Notes: generated by a model from the sequence alone, not told the origin. A stretch of DNA of 61,859 nt, filler included, from Rhabdomonas costata (GCA_019059605.1; 15 parts of 15 records of this genome joined end to end with filler, not necessarily neighbours in it); one strand, 5' to 3'; counted from the whole stretch's first letter, positions 11,331 to 25,649 are shown. A program made the numbers and translations.

Positions 11331-14300
11331 TGAGTCCTTATTTCTACTCGTCAGGTAAACCGCCACGTTCACCACAATCTTCTAGTAAAAAGTGAGTGAA
11401 CCCTGCCAAACACGCGACTCAATCAACATCACTTGTACAAACTGTGCGTCTGGTGCGAACCTGGTTTCCTTCAGTACCGAACTACAGAGTTTTTGTGCAC
11501 TTGATTTTGAGTCTACAAGCTGTAAACAGACTTCTACACACAGTGCCTGCGCTGATAATGTATCTTCCAATTATTGCCTCTGATCTGGGTTCACATCCTG
11601 ACTTTGCGCTTGCACATGTGCGTAGTCTGATGGTGTCATCGATCCACACAGTGTTTGCTGACTCGCTACTCGCGAATTATGCACTGGAATGGTCTTTCCA
11701 ATGCTAAGTTTTTAGGTCGCCTTCTTGACTATCTTGTGCAGCATACGTGATCACCACACAGCATTCATCATTGTATCTCTAGACTACCGCTTCATAAAAA
11801 AACCGCGGCAATGCCAAATTGTCCCAAAACTGTACTTTAGATCGACTGAAAACAAACAATTAAGCTCAACACTATCTGGGACAAACACTGTGTCAATGCT
11901 CTTGTGTTCAATGTCGCTAGTTGGAGTCTCCAACATATAACACTCTTCAGTTTTGGTTTTCCTTCTTGAAATTAACCAGCAGCCAAAACACCTCAAAGTT
12001 CCCGCTGCACTGCTCCGTCAAATGGCGATTTTGCAAACTGTGTTTTACGTCTAAAGTGAGGGTATTTTGTTGTCGCCGGTAATATCAGCAATTTGGACCT
12101 GTGTCACATCACCATGTACCCTACTATTGGTCTTTTTTAACCTGTGAAACGGCTGTGGGGAATCCTTTTCTTCTACTTCCCAAATAGCTTCCCACACTTG
12201 TTACGCTTTTGTCATCTGAGATGGGGGGACAGGTGACGTGGTGCTAAATGCGTTGGCTTGCGTCTAGACACGTTCCAGAGACGCCATATCCACCCAAAAT
12301 GTTCATGGAGTCACACACACACAACGTCAACCCACACANNNNNNNNNNNNNNNNNNNNNNNNNNNNNNNNNNNNNNNNNNNNTTAATTAATTAANNNNNN
12401 NNNNNNNNNNNNNNNNNNNNNNNNNNNNNNNNNNNNNNGTTTGTGGTGCCTTCCACTCCCTGAACTGCTTTTCCCCATGTGACCGCCAAGCTCAGCTTCA
12501 GATCAATGTTCCAGTGAGATTTCTTGTTTTCACTTGACTTACCGAAAACACTATCATTCAAGCGATGTCTTATACATAACCCTAACTCAAATTTTGGTAA
12601 ACGCTGGTACCGTCAGTCACTGAAGGTCAGCAGGGAGCGACTGCAATGTCACTACGCGGGTGCAAGCGTGAGTGTGTATTTTTTTGGGGGGGGGGCTTGT
12701 CCACGACTGTGGGGAGTATACGAATGATTTGGTTGGAACTGGCCGCCGCCGCCACGAACGCCACCACTGGGTGGCACAGCAGATGCTGAGAGTAAAGGCA
12801 GACCTTATTGCTGAGCAGGGCCCCCTCAGCGCAACAATAAGCAGATCGGGGGGTGTCCCAGTGCGTGTGCGCATCGCCTCCGTCTTCGTGTCCCAGAACG
12901 TGCGTGCTTGCACTGTAAACAAGTCTGCCGCACATATTGAAGAACGTCAACAAAAGGTGCAGGCATAGCCCCAACATTGTTATCGCGCATCGCCAGCTGT
13001 TTGTTTCTTTTTTTACACACAACTGATGCTGCTGCAAGCATGGTGGTTAAGTCGTTCACAAGGACATGTGCCGCATATTTCTGCACCATTTTTTGTATAA
13101 ACCGCTGCATGGCGGTCTCCATCAATCAATCACGTCTTTGAACAGCTGTGCATTTTTTACGTAAAAATGTGATCAACAGATCTCTAATTGTCATCCAGTT
13201 CTCATACCATTTGTTTTTTGTTGCATCATCGCCCATGTGGTGCACAGGGCTGACTTGTGCGTGTGCCGCCGCAGGATGTGCACCTAAGCAAGAAAGCCAT
13301 AACAGCGTGGCAATGAAAGAGTCCAGGGAGTGTTGTGGCGGGAGTAGGGCGACAGGGCAGAAGGTCTTCGCACGATCGACCGTCCAACTTCTTCCCTGCA
13401 TTCTGGAGTGGAGTGGGCGTGCCAAAAGCGTGCACCACACCCCGACAAGGGTCTCGCCCCAGTGTTGGGCGCCGGGTGGGGTTGGGGGGACACAGAGTTT
13501 CTTTCGCGCGTTTTCGTACATAAGCCTGGGACACATGCAGGCGGAGGGTCTTGAGCTGTTGTCTGGTGAACCGAGCTATAAGACCCTCCGTGCAAGCACC
13601 CAGGCTGCACGCGTCTTAGGTTAGGGGCATCTTATCTTTCCTTTCCTATGCAAACGCAAGCAAACAGACACAACTGTCCCTAATAAAAAAATAAGGACGG
13701 CGCCTCCAAAACAACGACACTTTTTTCATACAAAACTCACATCATTGAGTGTTATTGTTGGATGCGTCCCAGTGTGTGTGTGCTCCCAGTCAGTGCGTGT
13801 GTGCATCCTTTAGAGCAGGGATTTCCCCGATGTTCGCTCTTTCCGCTCCCCTCCCCCCTCCCCTAAGAGTCCGGGTTTTTGTGTGGGCCTTCCTTCCTGA
13901 AATCGAAATTTTCATTATTATTAGACGAGTTTTATTTAGTTTCCTGATTTCCTGATGTAATTGAGTTCTGGAGGTTCTATGTTTAATTAAGAAGCGGTTC
14001 TGGCGAAGCGGGAGTCCCCCCTCTTACGATGCTCAGCGAGGTTTATTCTCACCGCACTAACTGTATTCGTTTCCCATTTCCGTGTCAAAGCAGCCCCAAC
14101 TCAACCCACCTCTATCATTAACATCAGCCTCTCCTCCCATCCAACTGAGGTATATAAATATGTTCTGTCCCCACCCCAGCCCAGTCAGATACCACGGTCC
14201 TTGCAGACAACAAAGACTGCCTTCGTCGCGACAGGCCACACGCCCAGAGCGGAAGGCAGACTCTTCCGAGGAGGGTTTTGTGCTCCCTGGGGGTTCCGCA

Positions 14301-14686
14301 CAGGTTGCCCAACGAGCGTCCGGAAGGGCAGAGCTTTTCGCGGAGGCCTTGAAGATTTTTTCCCGAATGGTTCTTCCCTTTGGCGAGGTCTTTGCAACTT
14401 CTGGTTCAATCTGGTTCAACAGAAATAGGATTGTGTGGTGGGCATCCTGTGATGAAAGCTGCGGTTTCGCCCTTCTCACCTAAGAGTTGCATATCTTTTT
14501 TAAAATAAGGCGGCCTTGTGAACTTTGGGTTTGCAAAGCATAAAAGAGTGCGTGTCTGAATGTGGTCGCGCACGGGTAAGCCTCTCTTCCCTCAACCAGT
14601 GACAGGTGATCGTATAAAACGGACCTGGTCTGACCATTTCTCCCTCCCCTCTCCCGCCAACCTGCCCGTGATGGATATTTTCCGCA

Positions 14687-15325
14687 GCCGGAAGGGCAAA
14701 GGGAGTTAACGAATGCCTTGGAGAGATCCAGCCGCCTCGCCGTGGAGATGCGAGAGCAGCGCCAGGCACAGCGCCTCATGCTGGAGTCCGTCAGACGCCG
14801 CCGGGTATGCTTATTGATGTGTGCACGCGGGGACTCTGTGCTCTGTGGCTGCTGTCGGTTTTACTGTTGGTTGTTGCAGAGGATTTTTCCAAGTGCCGGT
14901 TCTTGATTGATCAAAGTCTCACCCCTTGATCAAGTGCGAACAAGGCTGAGATGCATTGGCATGCTTTTCCCGAATCCTTTTCGATTAATTTAAGCATTGC
15001 TGTTTTCTTAAGACCCTCCGTCAGTGTTCTGCACACGCTGGTAACCGTTAATCAGCCAACGCCTTCAGCCCTGCATGTCGTTCCGAAGGAAGAGACCTGG
15101 GTCACGTTCGCGTGTGGAGGTCGCTGACCTTAGTGTTGTAATGTGGGTGTGCAATCAGGGATGAGTTTTTCCGAAATTGCGGGTAGTATTAGGAATGAAT
15201 TTCTTGGAAATTAGAATTGAATTGGATGGACCCCGCCGCTTCCACGGAGGCAGAACCCGGATCTCACTCACCCCCGCATTCGCAGAGAGTGGGACCCTGT
15301 GGCCACTCTGCGACGCCGTGCTGTG
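14687..15325 (+). CDS. Terminal exons of a hypothetical coiled-coil protein
   Basis: AG|PEGQRELTNALERSSRLAVEMREQRQAQRLMLESVRRRR|GT, then a short AG-flanked exon ending in TGA near 15325. GC-rich, exon-like codon usage. Confidence 0.4.
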
Positions 15326-17268
15326 AGCTGCCGCTGCGGGAGATGTAAACGACTGATCGATGTAGCTCCTTTTCTTGTTGGTCCATCGCTGAAAGAAGAA
15401 AGCTACATAACCCGGGCAGTCTATTTGCGATAGATTTGTGTTACCTCCTTAACAACCTTAACAACGGGGGGTGGGTGCGCCATAACAACCCTTTCTTGCG
15501 CAAACATTGGTGATTTCTTGGGTATGTCCCGTGGGAACGCCGCCCCAGTGCACCAGTAAGTGTGTGTGTGTGTGTGTGTGGAAGGATTATGCCAATGCCT
15601 GTGCTTTCTTATGCCTGTCTTCGATTTCGGCATCTGCAGCACCGCCACTTGGTGGTGCCGTGGAGACAATGGTTTAATGAGTGCAAAACCATAAACCAAT
15701 GAAGTGAGACATTGGGCTGGTGGGGCGAATTGCTGTGAAATTCTTATCACCCCCCTTTGGGACTTGCTTTTAGTAATACATATCGTACCTCCACCAGTCC
15801 ATTCCAAACTCAGCCAGCCTTGTTTTCAATTCCGCTCTCTGCCCTCTTCTCTTCGTGGGGTTTTCAGAGTGAGCTCGACAGACTGCAAAAGACCTCCGCC
15901 ATCCCGAGACGTGTGCGGAAAGCTCCGCTGTGGCGTGTGGGGCGGTGAACTAAAGGAGGTCTTCTCTTGTGACCCGAATGCGCGGTGTGTATCTGTGTGT
16001 GTGTGCGTGCGTGCAGTGCCTTACTGCCCGTGCCTTTCGCTTGGATGCCTTTGCTGGATGGTTCTGGATGGTTTTCCGTTTAGGGAACGCCTTTTGGTTT
16101 GGAGGATTTTTCTGCCTTTTGGGGCAACGGGCTCCCCGCCCGTCCGCCCACTCCACCTCGCCCCTCACCTCACAGTTTTGTTGTCTTGCTCGCTTTCCTT
16201 GCCCATGCCTTGCCGACCCTCACGGTGGCTCGGAATTTCTGTCAGCTACCTGTGCTTTGCAACTGTGTTGTTTTTTACGTCCAACTTCTGATACGCTGTG
16301 GTCTGGTCTAATTTCCAGGCGTGCAATTCCCAGCTGTCACTTTTTGTTTTGTCAAGAATGGTGGTGTTGCGCAACGTCCGTTTAAAGAAGGAAATACCCC
16401 AGATCCCAAATGGACCAGTCCCACTGCGTATCAGAAGTTGGACGTAAAAAACAACACAGTTGCAAACCACAAANNNNNNNNNNNNNNNNNNNNNNNNNNN
16501 NNNNNNNNNNNNNNNNNTTAATTAATTAANNNNNNNNNNNNNNNNNNNNNNNNNNNNNNNNNNNNNNNNNNNNGTTGTTGGTGCGGATCCGGGTGCGGCC
16601 ACCCCACAGTGGCTGCCCGCAGTCATAGAGATGAGTCCTACTCGAGGGTGGGGTTTTCTCTGGGCGAGTCCCCATCCCCTGCCTCCAGGGTTTGTTGTTG
16701 TTTCCTAACTCTTTGCCTTTAGCACACTGCGACTCCCGACAAGTACGGGAGGTTCCCAGAGGGGCATCGGTCGGAATGTGTGGGCTTTTATGGGAGTGGA
16801 CTCCTTTGTAGTTGCTGCTGTTGTCTTGTTTGACCAGTCTTCCTTTATTGACTGCTTGAAAGCTTTTGTTATTGTTCCTCCCTTCAAACTGTGCTGTTTT
16901 CCCGCACTCACGTTCTCTTCTCTTTGCATCTGTGCGGCTGTTGTGTGCGCCGGACTTTGAACACTGGACTTGTGAGGTTTTCGAACATTGTTCAATCTTA
17001 TGCTTAATTTATTAATTAACGTGGACCAAAAAAGTTCAATAAATTCAGTGCCAAAGTACAAAGCAAGTTCAAAGTTCAAAGAAAGTATCTCCTTTCGGGC
17101 GAAGAGTTCAAAAATCCTCAAGTCAGTCAAAAGTTTCCCAACCTCCCAAACCAAAAATTCAATGTGTGACAGTGTTCAAAGCTCTATCCGACAAAAGATC
17201 AGCGCAAAAACAAAAAAATAAAAAGCCAAGCTCTTGATTAAGGCAGCACAGAGCAGGGTGCGAATGAC

Positions 17269-18729
17269 CTGAACAACACTATAGGCGTGTCCCTGAACGA
17301 CGCCACTGCGGGACTCCTCCTTGGTATCCTTGCCGGCACCCGAGCTGGCGGCGATGCAGGCCTCGCGGTCACTGTACTCCCACAGGATGTTGAACAACCG
17401 GTCCGCGTCGTAGAGCTCTTCGGTCTGCCGCAGACCGATCCTCCGGCGGTCGTTGGTGGGGGGGTGATGCACCAGGTCAAACCGCCGCCATTTGTTTCCT
17501 TCACGAATCGCAGGAATGGGTATTGAAACGATGAGCTAAGGTGAAGCCAAATTGTACCGTGCCAGCATACTGTGCCAGCATATCAAAATATTAAATTTTC
17601 TCCCCCAAAAAAGATGTTACTCATCCCGAAATTAAGTGGCGTGCGCTCTGACTCGCTCGCCAAATGAACTGGCTAAACTATCACCGCCATGCAAGGCAAA
17701 ACCCCTTCCATGGCCTGCGGGCCGAACCTTATCCTCGTTGAGATTCACTGAGAAGGTGCCATTGCAAGAGCATTAATTGCGTCGTGCCCCAGCCGCTTTG
17801 TCTGACAATCTGGTCAGATGCAAGTCAAGGGACGATAATTCCAACAGAGGAACAGCTACAACCGTCACAAGCATCGGATAATGTGCACTGACTAATAGCC
17901 CGAAAAAAGGAGCAAGCAGGCACCTTCCGCGATGAGTTTGAAGACTTTGTCCCCGGTCATGGCCTCGAGAGCCCACAGGCTGTTTCCCCCGTCAAGGTAG
18001 GAATACGAGCCACAGTACTTTGCGAAAGCCTTCTCAAGAATGGGAACCCAAATAGCATGTTGCTTCGTCGTCTTCGCGCAGAGCGGCTCGCTGCCGCTCC
18101 CCGGTTTCATCGGAAGGTAATCATCCACGGTCACCTTGATCCACTTGTTGCAAGAGCCATCAAAAATCCGCACCGTGTACTTTCCACGATATGAATAGTC
18201 CTACACAAAAGTGTTTGTTTCAAGAAAGCTCGGAGTGTAGACCAAGCATTGCGTGTATTATCAAAATTACTGCCAAAGGACAAGAGCGAGAGCACAGGTG
18301 GGGGGACAATTTGGAAAGAAGGAAACCTTTGTCTGGAAGCATCTCGAAATTGCCCCATCAACTTCAGCAAGCGAAGACAATGCGCTCATCAGCCAACAAT
18401 TTCCCAAGGATCCCTGCTGAATGTCCGCGGGTGAGATCCGCCCGGTAAACAAGCGCACCGCTTGGCCCTTTTGACAGAACAAAAATGCAATTTGAGAGAT
18501 TAGAAGTCAGAATAAAGGAGCGGCATTTCAAGTGGGGGTCTGGCGCATTTTTGTTGCCACGGGGTTAAACCGTTTAACGTCGTTAAACGAGACTTTGCAG
18601 GTAGGAGTAAAACGAGGGCAGTGGGACAAACCTCGGGGACCAATTCGCGCGCCCGCTTCCACTCCACATTTGCATTTTCCTTGGCAAGCTGCTCCCCCAA
18701 CGAAGTCGCAGTGGGTGGGAACTTGCGGT
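17269..18729 (-). CDS. Calpain-family cysteine protease (CysPc domain), partial (exons 18729-18632, 18467-18327, 18200-17924, 17498-17269)
   Basis: DRKFPP...VEWKRARE; DIQQGSLGNCWLMSAL (catalytic Cys); VTVDDYLP; IWVPILEKAFAKYCGSYSYLDGG; GVVQGHAYSV (catalytic His). GT-AG introns, two with AAG acceptors. Confidence 0.93.
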
Positions 18730-21700
18730 CTGCGAGTTTCAGAGAAGAAAGAACCACAACTGGAAACATGTTATTCTTTGACCTGGGGAGAGGTGTGTTT
18801 GCTTGGTCGCGTTTGTGTGTGTGTTTCTTCGATTACAAGACGGAAAAGGAAGTTTGCTCTCTTATACGTGAAAGAAAATGATGATGAAAAATAATGCTGC
18901 CTCTAATCTAACGCGCTCTAACACACGGAGAGTCGCATAGCACCGTTGTCAGACGTTTAGCCTAGGTATAGGCCACTGTCCACTTGCTACTTGCGGGGTA
19001 CACGCGCTATGCTATCCAAGCTGACGAGTTTTCAGCACGTTTTGGTGATTGGTACAAGGCACAGTCGAGTGGTGTACTGCAAAGGCGTGGATTTCGCAGT
19101 TGTCCCGCCCTGCAGCAGGGTACCATGGCCCAAAAAGGGGGACAGCATTGTAGGCACACCAGACGGCTCATCAGACAAATCAGACAAGAGGCCAGGAACC
19201 TCCGCCTGCAGGCTTACGCGCGAAAGAAACTCTCCCCCATCCCCCCGACCAATGTTGGGCGAGAACCGTTGCAGCGATTTGGTGCTTTTGGCAAGCCCAC
19301 TCCAACCACAGAATTCAGCGAAGATAGCCCAAGATGTTGCTAATGTTTCTGTAGCAAGGCGACAAGGAAAAAAGACTCCTCAAGACAAAAACTCCTTAAT
19401 CCATAGAACTTGTTTGACCCAACTTTCTCACCTCAGTTGTTTGCAGTCCAACAACGAGCGAGCGAGCTGAATGCTGGACTTCCTCTAAATGTGAAGCCTG
19501 AGTTTTGGATTCGTTCTTTTCGCGCAAACGTTTCAAACATACCACTATAGCGGCAGCAGACGCACGAAGACATCCTGCAAGGAACGCAGAGGCAGCAAGT
19601 GAGGAGTCGGCGGATGTACACCCAGAAACATGGTAACAACAGCTTCCAGACGGAAACCACAACCAAGATGAAGGGGGAAAACAGGCATTTCAACAGTCCC
19701 CGCCAGTAACCCATTCGTAAGGCCACAAATTGCAAACTACCAAATGAAACGACAAGTGCTGCAAAAGTCCACAAAACAAGCAAAGCTGCGCGCACACAAT
19801 TGCAGAAATAGTGCATAGAAAGGCACCACCTCGCACCGCGATAACATTTTTGCCCAGAAATCGTATCACTGAAGGGGTGACGAACGGGAATGCTGTCAAA
19901 AGGGCTTGCCCTTTGGTGGAATTTGGCAAAAAAAAAAAGTGCCCCCCACCACCACCATCCAAGGTGTGACTTTGCAGGCGAAGAACGGTTCCAGGATATT
20001 GCAATGCAAAAGGGATTTAGAAAGGAAGGCCAGCCGCACATAGCGCGGTGGCTATCCGCAGCGCGGCCGAAGCGGTGGGCACGTTGAGGTGTCTCATGGG
20101 GCATTACGCTAAAAAAGGGGGCTTCAGTACTTGACCCAAGCTCGTTTAAAACTGGGTTTAGGTTAACTTTGCCACGCTCACAAAAATTGCAGCAGAATGA
20201 GCCTTCCTGTGAAAGTTTGGACCTTGGAACAGGCCGTTAACCTGTGTCTCCATTTTTACCTAGTCTTCCGCAGCAAAGGAGGCCGTTTTCTAAGAGAATT
20301 TTCCTGCCAAACTTTCCAATGATTTCATTTTTTTCTTCGAAAAAAGCAATTTTTTTCACTTCAAGGATCTCCACTTTGCCGTGGGAAAGCGTGGACATCG
20401 AAATCTAAAGGCTGCAACAGTGCTGAGAATAAGTACATAAAAAAATTAATGTGACCCTCCAAAACAATCTCTATAGCTTCATGGTTATTTGAAATCTTTA
20501 ATGGGGATAGTATTACAGTGCAGCACAACAAGACTGTATATAGGAAAACACGCAATACGTTGGTTTTGAGAATGGATACCGGAAAACTCAACTCTCTACC
20601 ACAACACCCNNNNNNNNNNNNNNNNNNNNNNNNNNNNNNNNNNNNNNNNNNNNTTAATTAATTAANNNNNNNNNNNNNNNNNNNNNNNNNNNNNNNNNNN
20701 NNNNNNNNNTGTTTTGGTGGTCGTCCGGTGGCCGGTGGGGAACATACTAAGGCTATTAACACTCCGAAACTGAGAATTTAGTATGTGACATTTCGAACAG
20801 AAGTCTTTTTAACTTGTAATTATGCCGGTGGTCCTTCGCGGCATCCTGTGGTGTGCAGTGGTTAAAAACTCTCAGTTTACGGTGTAGCCTGCTACATCTC
20901 TTTCACATACTCTTTCAAAAGTAACTTCCCCTGTGCAGACCCATGCCCCCGTCGGCACGGAATTGTGGCCTCCCCAAAATACTGGTGGGGTGACGAGGTT
21001 GAGTGAACGAGCGCAATGTTTTCGCGTCATCCGGAGAGAATACATATGGTAAGTTAGGGGGCGATGCATTTGTTTCCAGGTCTCGCGCCCTCACTCCCCT
21101 CCCTTACAAACAGACTGAACGTTTGGCTTGCTCTTTATTTTGGGCAATGGACTTGTCTTCAAGGACTAACTTTTGATTTCCCCGGGTCATGTCAAAAGTT
21201 AGAGTTGGAGCAGAAGCAAGATTCTAGCCCGATCAGACGAACACTGCACCTCAAAACCGGGTTTTTGAACGCCTCCAATAAAAAACAAGGGGCACATGCT
21301 TTGTATGCTGGGCACGCCTGCCTGCAAGGAGCATTGTGAGCTGCCCTAAGTTACATCAGAAATCCGTTTGCGGTGTAACCTACTTTGCGATGTTATGCGA
21401 CGGAATTGGCCTCACAGCGTTTAGCATTATGGAGCTAAATGCTTCGAGCTAAAAGCTCCTAAAGCCAAATGCTTGTTTGCAGATGCTACCGGCGAAAAGA
21501 AGTCTTCAAAGTACGGTGGCGCAACGTGAGGACACCCCGCCAGCGATGCAGCATATCTGTACGCAGCAGCTGCCACCGTCGTGAGTGCACTTTGGTTTTC
21601 AAACAACACTGTTGCTTATAAGGTGAAACGCTTCTTTTTGCCAGCAGAATACCAAAACATTGCTGAAACTGTCCCTTTTGAGGTGGCATGGGCAATTTTA

Positions 21701-21743
21701 CTGTTTACTTTTCTCCAGCGCTGGGTCCCATTTGTGTCACCAG

Positions 21744-23384
21744 ATGCAGCAGATGGAGCGGATGTTAAAAACGGCGAGCGACGGTGGGGTGAGGCTCCCC
21801 GTAGGTCCCGGAGGAGACCTCAACTTCGACGCCTTGCAGCGGGAGTTTCATTATGTCGTCAAAGAGAAGGGTTTGTCTTCCTCCCCGTGTGCGTGTGTGT
21901 GGTTGAGGGTTTGTGTTCCTGCGCGGCTGCCGCTGCCGCGCTGTTCTGACCGGGATCAAAATCCCGTCACGGCGGCCTGCTCCGGCCTCGCCACAGTGAT
22001 CTGCACCTATGAAGTTGTGCTGTACTGTCCCGCACATTTGCCAAAACCCAGAAGCAGACTAGTTCTTCACCTGCGTTCCTGGGAGATCGCGTCCAGAAGC
22101 GCATCCCCCTTTGAACGATAATAATTCTGACACAGTTCATCTCTTCAAAATGGCATTACATTACAACTGCTCGAGTGGATGGTCAACTTTTCGACGATGA
22201 TTCAGTGTTTCGATCGACGGCCCATCCGGCAAAAACCCATTCCCAGCGCTTTAACATGCCTAGGAGTGTCCCTCCCGATCAGTTCCTGTCACCTACTCTC
22301 AAGCTGCTGCTCTCCTCCTCCCCTGCTCCGTTTCTTATGCTCCAGGCATTGTTACCGAAGTGGAGGACGACAAGGAAAGGCCCGTGGACCCCCGAGAGCA
22401 GGGCTGCGCGGAGTACTACCGCCCACAGAGACTCAAGAAGCGGGTCTGGGCGTGCTGCGTGAGCGTGTGATGAGATTCGATGTTATGCGATCCCATTTTA
22501 TGCGGTGTGACCCATCTTGTGTAATGCGAAAGGTGGGACTCCTTAAAACCGCTGTTGTATGCGCCAACTGACTCTCAAGGACCTATGATGACCTATGATG
22601 ACCTATGATGATTCTGCCCCGCATTCCAGAGCTCGCTCCCTAATCACTTTTGTGTGGCGGTCACACCTGGAATGTTTGGGTAGGCCATGCTGTTCGACAA
22701 CAAGTGCGTGGAGGAGGCCATGCGAAGGCTGTGGGGGTACCTCCCGAAGAACTCCGAGATGAACATCAACGAGCGCGTCTACAAGTTCCTGTACAACCGC
22801 CTGTACTGGTTGGTCGTGCCCAACGGCACTAAGGTCTTTGGAAATGCGTCCGCCTTATTCCAGCAGCAGATGTGAGGCACACTCGACAGCTCCTCTCCGA
22901 AGCGAATGGTGTCCTTCTCGTCTGTCAAAGCCTGGTGAGCAAACGCTTTGTGCTTTGGTTTTTGATGGGTGTGCGTGGGAACGAAGTCACTTGGGCGGGA
23001 ACAGGTATGGGCATTCTTTCATACCTCACCCCAACAAAATAACAAAGTGACAGTCGCAGTCTGCAGAACCTCCGACCACCCTTCATTTTTGTCAGCTTCC
23101 TTCTGTCTTCACGAATCATTAAGTTGCTGAAACTTCGGGTGTACCTAGCAAGTTGCACAGCTGATAATTTTGACATAGCTGGAATCAGAAAGAATGGTGA
23201 CGATGTTAAGAGAAAATTTGGTTTTTGGAAAAAAAACTGGAAGCAGAGACAAAATGGTTCAAATAAAACAGGATTTCCTGACCTCTGTGCGTTCTCTCAG
23301 GACGAAGTAGAGCGCTTGGCGGACGTGGAGTGGGCGGAAGAGGCCCAGGGCAAGGACCAGATGTCCTTCGGGGTCTTCTACCTG
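21744..23384 (+). CDS. Conserved hypothetical protist protein with degenerate EF-hand-like region, partial (exons 21744-21870, 22346-22443, 22684-22833, 23301-23384)
   Basis: Four GT-AG-joined exons in frame: EQGCAEYYRPQRLKKRAMLFDNKCVEEAMRRLW...YNRLYWLVVP...ERLADVEWAEEAQGKDQMSFGVFYL. Confidence 0.7.
22580..22610 (+). repeat. Intronic tandem repeat (GACCTATGAT)x3
   Basis: Three exact 10-mer copies are visible. Confidence 0.9.
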
Positions 23385-25399
23385 GTACGTTTTCGTTTAC
23401 TGACGTACTGCTTCGCAGGAAAAGCTTGACGCGTGGTTTTGTTTTCCCCAACTTCAACGAAGCGGCTTTTGGAAGGGCAGAGCTCATTTTTCATTTTTTC
23501 ATGTCCCCATATTGCTTCGTAAAAAACAGACTGCCTGTGGTTTCCCTTGTTAGCGATTAGAGAGTTATGTTCCAAATGTAACATGTTTGTGTGTAGGGTC
23601 CACACACTATTCTGAGTGTACTGAACACGTAGACTGTGTAGTTCCGTTTTCTCCACACTCACCCTTACCCCCTTGCACCCTACGCCTCCCTGTTCCGTGC
23701 TTCCTCAGGTCACCAATCGCAAACTCAGAGAGCAGAAGAGGCGGAAAGAAATGGGTGGTTGAATTCCAGTCCACAAATATTCCAGAATCAACATAGCAGG
23801 GATTCTCGCTACATCTCGCAAAGCATATCATACCAGCAAGGTCTCCTCCAGCGTCTGCAGTCTTGACCTGAGCAAAAAAAACGCCTACTGCCAAAAAAGA
23901 ACGACATGCAAAAATACTTCTGGCACCTAGAAGACAGTTGTGAAGGGGGGTGGCATAATGTGGTATTACTTCCCCGAAGCGACCCGACGTCAACCTCCAA
24001 AGTAACATATAAAAAAAAAGAAAAGAATTCGTTGGTGGCCCACCGAGTGCCACCAGCCTCCGAAAATCGGAGGCTCAGTATGCAGGCGTGCAATGGTCAA
24101 AGAGGGTCCTCGTAACATACCTCCAGGGCAGCTAAAAACCAGGATGTTTCAGCACACTTCAATGCAAGTATGAAGTACTGCTGCAAAAGGGCACCATATA
24201 AGGCACCCCTTTCCCCAATTCCACATCATCATCATGCACATCATCACCTCTCCAACGGTCCCTGCACTTCTCCCAGAAAGCGCTGCAGAGGCACTGCGCT
24301 TTCGTTGCACCGCCAGCTTGGTGACCGAGCCAGGAGGGGTAGCTTCTGGGCCATCGGGGGCCAGACCGTCCACCACACTATGGCTTCTCTGCAAGGGGCG
24401 GGGCAAAGACAAAGAGCGGGAGCGGGACAGGATGTGCAATGCATCGTGCGATCCACGGGGCGTGGGCAACTGCAGGGAAAAATGGTTGCTTATAATTTTG
24501 CAAAAAAAAAGTAATCACAGCATCAAGGGATGTCATCTGAGCTGTGACGTGTGTGCAGGCGGAATGAAGATTGGACAGTCGTCACTCGTTCATTCCCACG
24601 AAAAAAACGTCAGGCGAAATTGGGCCCCAAACCCCCGCCTCAGCACACACAAACACAGACACACCACTATCCGTTTTATTGCGAAATCATACGCGACCGT
24701 ATTCTCCCACCTGTGTAATCAGCAAGGTGCAACAACCCACNNNNNNNNNNNNNNNNNNNNNNNNNNNNNNNNNNNNNNNNNNNNTTAATTAATTAANNNN
24801 NNNNNNNNNNNNNNNNNNNNNNNNNNNNNNNNNNNNNNNNGTGTTGGGTGTGGTTGGTGTGAGGGTGGTGGTTGCGGCGTCACGTTGTATGGGTCTGGTC
24901 ATGGGTTCGCTATTGCGCTGGGTTTAGGTCGAGGATGTGAGTGTGTGGAGTGTGCGTTTCGTTTTTAGTGTGTCAGGGTCATGGTTCGTAGTTTGAGTGC
25001 GTGGATTGATGGTGTGAGTATGTGAGTATGTGATGGTGGTGGTCGTGAGGATTGTGGATGGAGTGTCATGGTCTGAGTTTGGCGTTTCAGTTGTCGTGGT
25101 GATGGTGAGGTGTCAGAGGCTGACGTGGAGGGTGACGGTGAATTGCGTGGAAATTGGTGTGTTGAAGGTGAGGTTCAAGGTCACGGTATTGGAGTTTCAG
25201 CTTAATTGTCAGCGTAAGGGTCGTTAGTTAGCGCTTCATTCTTCATGGTGTGTTACGGGTTGTGTGATCGAGGTCGTGATGTGGGTCGGGTGTCACGGTG
25301 GGTGTGGGTGTGAGTGTCGATGCGTGGGGTCTGTGGCAGGGTGGTTCAAGTGGTGTTGGTGCAAAGGGTGATGGTCATGGTCAAGGCTCAACCCAGCCA

Positions 25400-25630
25400 A
25401 CATCAGCCAATAGGTGGTGTGTGCATGTGGTAGACCTGCACCATAGAGTGGTAGTAGTACGCATAGCATGACAGCCAACAAGATGGTGATGCAAGTGGTA
25501 AGGGGTAGTGGTAGCACATGCCACACCTCCACTGCGTGATGACTTTGGTGGTAGCAGTGATGTCAGCCAAACCAGCAATGGTGGTTTTACGGAGCTATCC
25601 AGTGGCATTGACGTCCTAGCGATGTGGCGA
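25400..25630 (-). pseudogene. rps12: rps12-like cryptic frame (mitochondrial-type) with in-frame TAG
   Basis: LRKTTIAGLADITATTKVITQWRCGMCYH aligns without gaps to [29 protein letters not shown] (L,R,K,L,T,I,H in register). It is preceded by SPHR*DVNATG*. The PKKPNS and GG..DLPG motifs are not intact. Confidence 0.35.
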
Positions 25631-25649
25631 TTACGCTGCAGTCATGATG

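Noticed and set aside
12500-13630. Overlapping ORFs possibly from a decayed retroelement
   Set aside because: No diagnostic motif recognised; the adjacent TTAGGTTAGGGG is too short to call telomeric.
16256-16466. 41-bp perfect inverted repeat, MITE-like
   Set aside because: The second arm ends at the contig end, the same artefact pattern as in other contigs.
25381-25608. KSSRSGG frame as a tyrosine recombinase (DIRS element)
   Set aside because: No RT/RNase H or catalytic H/Y residues; the surrounding rRNA and nad context explains the contig better.
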